64,000 nt of DNA, taken from the NCBI GenBank assembly GCA_036679605.1, contig JAZDCZ010000180.1:1-64000 (forward strand), in the 5' to 3' direction. This document shows, one piece after another, positions 58,455 to 64,000 of the stretch. The notes under the pieces are model-generated. The model did no database searches, was not told the DNA's origin, and saw only the letters and a list, made by a program, of their open reading frames with translations. How positions within the stretch are numbered: the first letter of the stretch is position 1; every line of letters starts with the position of its first letter. The stretch is from Gemmatimonadota bacterium. GTDB taxonomy: Bacteria; Gemmatimonadota; Gemmatimonadetes; Gemmatimonadales; GWC2-71-9. The translations under genes and the position numbers were made by a program.

Positions 58455-59653
58455 TATCGGTTGCTTCCGGCCGGTGGGATGAATGTCCACTGTATCAACG
58501 GTGAGCCGAAGCTCGCTCTACTCGATTGGAATCGGTATTCACCGACTCCAGCTCCCTCCGGAACTACTCGTAGCATGAACGAACGGGGCAATCTTGGATT
58601 GTTCTTCCACGGAACGACAATATGTGTGATATCGATGCGAACAGTGTCCATGCTACCCACGGGTAAAAGAGCGCTACCGAACAACAGAGAATCAGAGGGC
58701 AGAGGTATGATCGGAGATTTCGGTCCGAAGTCAGTAATGAGTGCTTCGGCTTGGATCCGTATGGTGTCCCCGGGCACGCCTATCACGGGTTCACTCGGGA
58801 TCATTATTAGCGTGGCACGGATCACATTTGAGGTGTCGACAATAAATGACGGCGCGTTTACTCGGAGCAGCGCTCGGGCAGAAGGGCTGCCTCCAACCGA
58901 TAACGCGTCGGGTCCTGGTACGCCACTCGCCGAGAATAGGAAACTATCGAAATCAACCTGGCGGCTCTCCGACCGTTGGACCGTCGTTCCATCTGTCGAA
59001 TCTATTTGCACCCAACGCCCCAACGATGCTCCGTTGCCACTACCGTTTGCGGAAACGTCGACGAGTGCCGGTCCAACAGATCGAATAGCGATACCTATGG
59101 ACGCTACCAGGCTGTCAGCTGCCAGCGTTGGAAATGCATCGACAGCCAATATTGCCGAGAGACTATCCGAGGTCACCGAATCGGCAATATTGATCGTTGC
59201 AATGAGCGTACTGTCAGCAAAAAATTGATCGACGGCGCCAAAAGTCGTCGTAGAATCGATGTTTGCCGGAAGGCGATGGATCGCAAGCTCGATATTCGAG
59301 CCCGCCGGGAAGCGCCGCGCCAAATTCAACCTGAGGCTGAACGAATCCGTCGCCAACACCGGTTGATTGGACCCGAAATCAATCACGCGTACCGAGTCGC
59401 TAAAAGGCAGGAATCGGATCACGCCGCGCGACGTGATCGCACCCCCTGAAATAACCTGCATCGTTGCTGCATCTTGGGGAATGACGAAGCCGCGAAAGGA
59501 ACTGTCCCGCTCGATAAGGCCGGCGATAACCGTGTCAATCACTTTGATTGTGCTCGAAGGGCAAAACTCAGGACACGCACCCGGAGCCCCGACGTCTTCG
59601 GTGCACGCAGCCGCGATTACCAGCAGGCTAAGCGAGGCGAGTAGTTTTCCCAT
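58454..59653 (-). CDS. Hypothetical lipoprotein
   Basis: Lipobox IAAAC; CPEFC; beta-rich composition. Confidence 0.7.
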   Translation of the reverse strand: MGKLLASLSLLVIAAACTEDVGAPGACPEFCPSSTIKVIDTVIAGLIERDSSFRGFVIPQDAATMQVISGGAITSRGVIRFLPFSDSVRVIDFGSNQPVLATDSFSLRLNLARRFPAGSNIELAIHRLPANIDSTTTFGAVDQFFADSTLIATINIADSVTSDSLSAILAVDAFPTLAADSLVASIGIAIRSVGPALVDVSANGSGNGASLGRWVQIDSTDGTTVQRSESRQVDFDSFLFSASGVPGPDALSVGGSPSARALLRVNAPSFIVDTSNVIRATLIMIPSEPVIGVPGDTIRIQAEALITDFGPKSPIIPLPSDSLLFGSALLPVGSMDTVRIDITHIVVPWKNNPRLPRSFMLRVVPEGAGVGEYRFQSSRASFGSPLIQWTFIPPAGSNR

Positions 59654-59915
59654 TTGCCTCAAAAGAATCCAAGATAGCCATGATCACGGCATCAACCGGA
59701 CGGTCCTTAGTGACTTCCGTCTGCCGTGCTGAGGAACCCGACGCATACAGCACGACCTCGCCCGCTCCGGCTCCCACGGCATCGACAGCGACGACATAGC
59801 TCCCGTCGCCATCAAGTTCCAAGCTCACATTTTCGACCACCAGAAACTTTACTCCTGATAGAGAAGGATCCTTCCTCGTAGCCACTACGGTTCCTATTAC
59901 TCGACCCATCTTCAT
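59628..59915 (-). CDS. EutN/CcmL bacterial microcompartment vertex (BMC-P) protein
   Basis: GRVIGTVVATRK, VAVDAVGAGAGE.V, GSSAR, PVDAVIMAILD. Confidence 0.93.
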   Translation of the reverse strand: MKMGRVIGTVVATRKDPSLSGVKFLVVENVSLELDGDGSYVVAVDAVGAGAGEVVLYASGSSARQTEVTKDRPVDAVIMAILDSFEANGKTTRLA

Positions 59916-60322
59916 TGGCTCAGGTCCTCCCTTTGGAACGCATTGGGCAACAGCTCACGAAGACACCAACGCCGCGATTCGTTAGGTCCAATCGCATCTA
60001 CGATCAGCTCACTCCCGAACTCGTTCAGCACCTGCCGACACGCTCCACACGGCGCCGCGGGTGGCGACGAGTTCGTCACAATTACTATCCGCGTGAACTT
60101 CCTTGCGCCCGCACCCACCGCAGCACCCAACGCTACACGCTCGGCGCAATTCGTGAGTCCGAACGACGCACACTCAACGTTGGCCCCAGTAAAAATTCGG
60201 CCGTCTTCCGATTCCAGCGCCACTCCAACCGCGAACTTGCTGTAAGGCGCATACGCGTTCGACTGTGCCTCGGTGGCAGCCGCCACAAGAGGATCGGTTT
60301 CCGCTGTCAATTGGTCCTCCAT
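59912..60322 (-). CDS. cdd: Cytidine deaminase
   Basis: AYAPYSKF, CAER, PCGACRQ. Confidence 0.95.
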   Translation of the reverse strand: MEDQLTAETDPLVAAATEAQSNAYAPYSKFAVGVALESEDGRIFTGANVECASFGLTNCAERVALGAAVGAGARKFTRIVIVTNSSPPAAPCGACRQVLNEFGSELIVDAIGPNESRRWCLRELLPNAFQREDLSQ

Positions 60323-61494
60323 GGTGCAACATCATCCAAGAACGACTCTCCTGCCGCCGGCGACAATCCAAAGTAACCGGCGATCGTTGCTCCGATGTCT
60401 GCGAAGCTAGATCGGGTCCCCAGCGAAACCGGAACCACACGCGGCCCAACCACCAATATAGGAACTGCCTCCCTCGAATGATCGGTTGAGGAGGTAGTCG
60501 GGTCATTGCCGTGATCCGCCGTGAGGATCATCATGTCATCCTCCCTTAAAAGCTCGACCAGCCCCGGAAGGATCGAGTCGAGATCCCGCAACCCTTTGTA
60601 AAACCCCTCAACGTCATTTCGGTGCCCCCAGCTTTGATCGAACTCGATCACGTTGGCGAAGAGCAGCCCGCTATCCATGCTATCGAGAGCTTCCCCGATC
60701 AGTCGGTACGCGTCCTCGTTGGTGGGGGTATGCCGGCTTGATATGCTGCGGCCCGCAAAAAGGTCATCTATTTTGCCCACACCCACACGTGGAACACCTG
60801 AATCTGCAAGGCGATCCAGCAACGTCTCTTGAATCGGATCCACTGAAAAATCACGGCGATTATGTGTGCGCCTGAAGTTATCGGGTTCCCCCACAAATGG
60901 ACGGGCGATTACCCGAGAGACTGCGTTTTCACCAACCAGGACCTTCCGCCGGGCTTCATCGCAGGCCTCGTATAGCTCTTCAAGCGGGATCAGGTCCTCG
61001 TGAGCCGCGACCTGAAACACGCTATCCGCTGACGTATAAACTATCCACGCACCCGTTTCGAGGTGATCGCGACCCAGATCGTTGATTATCACTGTCCCCG
61101 AAGCGGCAACGTTACCAATGGACTTGCGGCCGGTTCGTTGCTCAAACGCGCCGATCACCTCTGCAGGAAACCCGTCGGGATAGGTGGGGAAAGCATCGTC
61201 CAACAGCAACTCACAGATTTCCCAGTGTCCCGTCGTACTGTCTTTGCCAGGCGACTTTGGTAGGGCTACGCCATACGCCCCCTCAGGACTCTCGCATTTC
61301 ATGCCGGACAGCGGTCGCGCGCAACCCAATCCCAGCGAGCCGAGGTAGGGCAATTCCATCCCTCCCACGGCCCTCGCCAGGTTCCCGAGCGTGTCACTCC
61401 CCTCGTCCCCATAATCGGACGCGTCCGGTGCGGCTCCGATTCCCAGGCCATCCAACACAATTAGTGCGACCCGCCCTTGTTTCTGCTTTTCCAC
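60307..61494 (-). CDS. deoB: Phosphopentomutase
   Basis: LDGLGIG, GKDSTTGHWE, YTSADSV, DHGNDPT, TDHSRE. Confidence 0.96.
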   Translation of the reverse strand: MEKQKQGRVALIVLDGLGIGAAPDASDYGDEGSDTLGNLARAVGGMELPYLGSLGLGCARPLSGMKCESPEGAYGVALPKSPGKDSTTGHWEICELLLDDAFPTYPDGFPAEVIGAFEQRTGRKSIGNVAASGTVIINDLGRDHLETGAWIVYTSADSVFQVAAHEDLIPLEELYEACDEARRKVLVGENAVSRVIARPFVGEPDNFRRTHNRRDFSVDPIQETLLDRLADSGVPRVGVGKIDDLFAGRSISSRHTPTNEDAYRLIGEALDSMDSGLLFANVIEFDQSWGHRNDVEGFYKGLRDLDSILPGLVELLREDDMMILTADHGNDPTTSSTDHSREAVPILVVGPRVVPVSLGTRSSFADIGATIAGYFGLSPAAGESFLDDVAPWRTN

Positions 61495-62549
61495 TACGAC
61501 ACGTACTCTCTCGGCAGTCTATTTCCCAGCCCTGTCAGTATCTCGTACGAAATCGTACCTGCCCAGGATGCAAATTCGTCCAGGGTAATTGCACCCTGTC
61601 CCGAACCGCCGAACAGGGTAGCCACATCCCCAATCTTGATGTTTGCACTGTTGCCGACATCCACTATTACGAAGTCCATCATTACTCTCCCCACGATTGG
61701 GACCCGTACACTGTCCAGTACTACCTGTGCCTGCCCCTGCACCGACCGGCGTATGCCATCAGCGTAGCCTATGCCAAGGGTTGCCAGTGTCGTGTCTCGC
61801 GGCGCCGCCCACTCGGCGCCGTAACTGACCGTTGTTCCCTGAGACACTGCCCGGATGTTCACAACACGTGCGCGAACGGTTGCCACCGGCAGCGGTATGG
61901 GTAGATCCCGACCACAATTCCCTCCATACAGAAAGATGCCCGGCCGCACGATGTCGGTGCGCTGGTCCAGCCTCCACACCCCAGCGCTGTTAGCCGCATG
62001 CACCAGACTTGGTGGTCGCTCCAATCGTTCAAGCGCCTGCTCAAAGAGGGACCACTGAGCCTCAACGGACTCGGGCACGTCGTCTGCCGCATAAAAGTGG
62101 GTGAACACACCCTCCAGCATCGGCGACTGGATACGTGTCAAACGCTCATCATCGTATCTCATGCCGGTGCGGCACATGCCCGTGTCGATCTCCAGATGGA
62201 ACGGCAAGTTCCAATCCTCGATCAGTTCCGGGTCGTCCAGCACCGCCCGTAGGCCATGCCTGCGAAACAGATCCTGCATATTCGCTGTAGCTGGGGTCAA
62301 AACTAGAATGGGCCGGCGGATACCGGCCTCCCTAAGTGCCATTCCCTCCGCGGGTGTTGCTACCCCAAAGCCCCACGGATCCAAATCTTCGAGTGCCTGG
62401 GCGGCTGCCACCGCCCCGACACCATAGCCGTCCGCCTTGACCATCGGCAACAACGGACCACTCCGGGCAACCGCCCGCACCGTTTGCGCATTTGCTTTGA
62501 GATTGGCAAGGTTAACCTCAACCCAAGCTCGGGCATTACGCAACTGCAT
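61494..62549 (-). CDS. alr: Alanine racemase
   Basis: VKADGYG, DTGM.R, ANS, VRPGI, GYADG, TISYE. Confidence 0.95.
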   Translation of the reverse strand: MQLRNARAWVEVNLANLKANAQTVRAVARSGPLLPMVKADGYGVGAVAAAQALEDLDPWGFGVATPAEGMALREAGIRRPILVLTPATANMQDLFRRHGLRAVLDDPELIEDWNLPFHLEIDTGMCRTGMRYDDERLTRIQSPMLEGVFTHFYAADDVPESVEAQWSLFEQALERLERPPSLVHAANSAGVWRLDQRTDIVRPGIFLYGGNCGRDLPIPLPVATVRARVVNIRAVSQGTTVSYGAEWAAPRDTTLATLGIGYADGIRRSVQGQAQVVLDSVRVPIVGRVMMDFVIVDVGNSANIKIGDVATLFGGSGQGAITLDEFASWAGTISYEILTGLGNRLPREYVS

Positions 62550-62596
62550 TGACACGTTCACGGTCGGACGGGTATTGTACCGGCGCACGTACGCAA

Positions 62597-63358
62597 ATGC
62601 AAGAACCATCAGCGCTTGGACGCATAATCGAACTGGTCCGCGACCTGAGAAAGCGGTGTCCCTGGGATGCCGCCCAGACCGCGTTGACGCTGCGCCCATA
62701 CCTGATCGAAGAATCGCTCGAACTCGACCACGCTCTGGCCTCCGAAGACGTTGATAAAATAAGGGAGGAGCTTGGCGACCTCATGTTGCACTTGGCCTTT
62801 CAGATAGTTCTGGGAGAGGAATCCGGTGCATTTGGGAGCGAGGACGTCACTAGCGCCATTGAAGCCAAGATGTGGCGCAGACATCCTCACCTCTTTGAAC
62901 AGGGGAATCAGCCCACCTCCTGGGAGCGCACCAAGCTGACCGAGCGCGCCGGGCGAAGTGTGCTAGATGGACTCCCGACAACACTGCCCGCATTGATCAT
63001 GGCGATGCGGCTGCAGGAGCGAGCCGGAGGAGTGGGTTTCGATTGGCCTGATGCGACTGGGCCGAGACAAAAGGTGCACGAGGAATTGGCGGAGCTTGAG
63101 TCTGAGATTTCTGATGGCGCCGATCCTGACCGGGTGGAATCAGAGATCGGCGATTTGCTCTTCGCTGTGGTAAACCTCGCACGAAAGTTGGACTGCGATC
63201 CGCGGGCAGCTCTGGAGAAAGCAAATGCCAAGTTCTTGAGCCGGTTCCGCGCTGTAGAGGAACTCGCTTCCGAACGGGACATCGACATGGCTCACGCAGA
63301 GCTAGCTCAACTGGATAAGTTGTGGGACGAGGTTAAGGAGAAATTGGGCGACAGCTAG
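62597..63358 (+). CDS. mazG: Nucleoside triphosphate pyrophosphohydrolase MazG
   Basis: CPWD..QT, EELGD, RRHPH, GFDW, EIGDLLF. Confidence 0.95.
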   Translation: MQEPSALGRIIELVRDLRKRCPWDAAQTALTLRPYLIEESLELDHALASEDVDKIREELGDLMLHLAFQIVLGEESGAFGSEDVTSAIEAKMWRRHPHLFEQGNQPTSWERTKLTERAGRSVLDGLPTTLPALIMAMRLQERAGGVGFDWPDATGPRQKVHEELAELESEISDGADPDRVESEIGDLLFAVVNLARKLDCDPRAALEKANAKFLSRFRAVEELASERDIDMAHAELAQLDKLWDEVKEKLGDS

Positions 63359-63417
63359 ACCACTAGCAGAATCATGAATATCCAATAACGAACAAGGAAT
63401 AATGAAGTGGTCGGCGG

Positions 63418-64000
63418 CTAACAGCTCGCCGCTAGAGATGCCAGGTATTCTTTCAAACTCAGATCGTGGGCTGCGGCGAGACTTCGTAGCGCGGCTACGC
63501 TCGCAGTTTCTCCCTTCTCAATACGGCGCAAGTTTCTTTCGGAGAGTCCGGCAATGTCTGTTTGTCTCAAACCGCTTTCCTTCCTGAATGAGGCAACGGT
63601 TCGACCAAACGATGTGTCGTGCGCTAGTCGTTCTGCGATCCGTCGGTCCCTAAACTCAGGGTCGGTTGCACTGCGAATAGCATCGATGTCGAGGTGCACA
63701 TCGGAGGCAGGCCAATGGACATAGCTACCATCGCCGGCGATCTCGAAAGCGTCTCGTTCGGCTACCGGGATGCGCCTAAGCGCCGGAAGCCGATCGAACG
63801 CAATCTCAAGCGTCTCTTGCTCACAGGACGTCAAGAACAATCGATCAGCGACAACCATGGCGCGTGCAATCAGTTTGTCTTCAGCGTTGTTGAGCCACGC
63901 ATTGAGAATCCGCCTTGGGACCTCGGCACTTGAGTGGGCAACGAGATGCCTAATTGCTCGCAGGTTTGCCCGTTCCAGCATCTGGGGTAGCCAATCCGGA
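63418..64000 (-). CDS. DUF2442-like + XRE HTH protein, 5' end probably beyond the window
   Basis: Frame stays open to the window edge; DGSYVHWP..DVHLD (DUF2442-like); LRQTDIAGLSERNLRRIE HTH. Confidence 0.7.
   Translation of the reverse strand, partial: PDWLPQMLERANLRAIRHLVAHSSAEVPRRILNAWLNNAEDKLIARAMVVADRLFLTSCEQETLEIAFDRLPALRRIPVAERDAFEIAGDGSYVHWPASDVHLDIDAIRSATDPEFRDRRIAERLAHDTSFGRTVASFRKESGLRQTDIAGLSERNLRRIEKGETASVAALRSLAAAHDLSLKEYLASLAASC

Overview
The window looks like a GC-rich bacterial chromosome segment. Gene content and order resemble Gemmatimonadota, but that placement is inference. It has two parts. (1) About 1-19.4 kb is accessory: an unusual tRNA, a stand-alone GHKL ATPase, a secreted ComEC-type MBL hydrolase with DUF3006, three toxin-antitoxin modules plus an orphan antitoxin, tRNA-Ser(GGA), a sigma54 two-component cassette (TolB-like propeller and an erythromycin-esterase/SnoaL fusion), and several secreted lipoproteins and peptidases. 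(2) About 19.4-62.5 kb is a tightly packed minus-strand housekeeping block: tadA, clpB, selB, recO, btu genes with a cobalamin riboswitch, ahcY, metK, PTS/hprK, nusB, rib genes, purM, argS, methylmalonyl-CoA mutase, fbp, comEC, miaB, mtaB, eutN, cdd, deoB and alr, followed by mazG. The most striking observation is at 340-550. A tRNA with a complete tRNA-Leu-type body carries an Ala anticodon (AGC, with C33). About 50 nt downstream lies a 22-nt stretch fully complementary to its anticodon arm (20 Watson-Crick + 2 G-U pairs), placed at the start of a predicted separate small RNA with its own promoter and terminator. This is a candidate RNA-only 'mistranslating tRNA / anti-tRNA' toxin-antitoxin or control module. 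All calls come from reading the sequence and motifs; no database searches were run.
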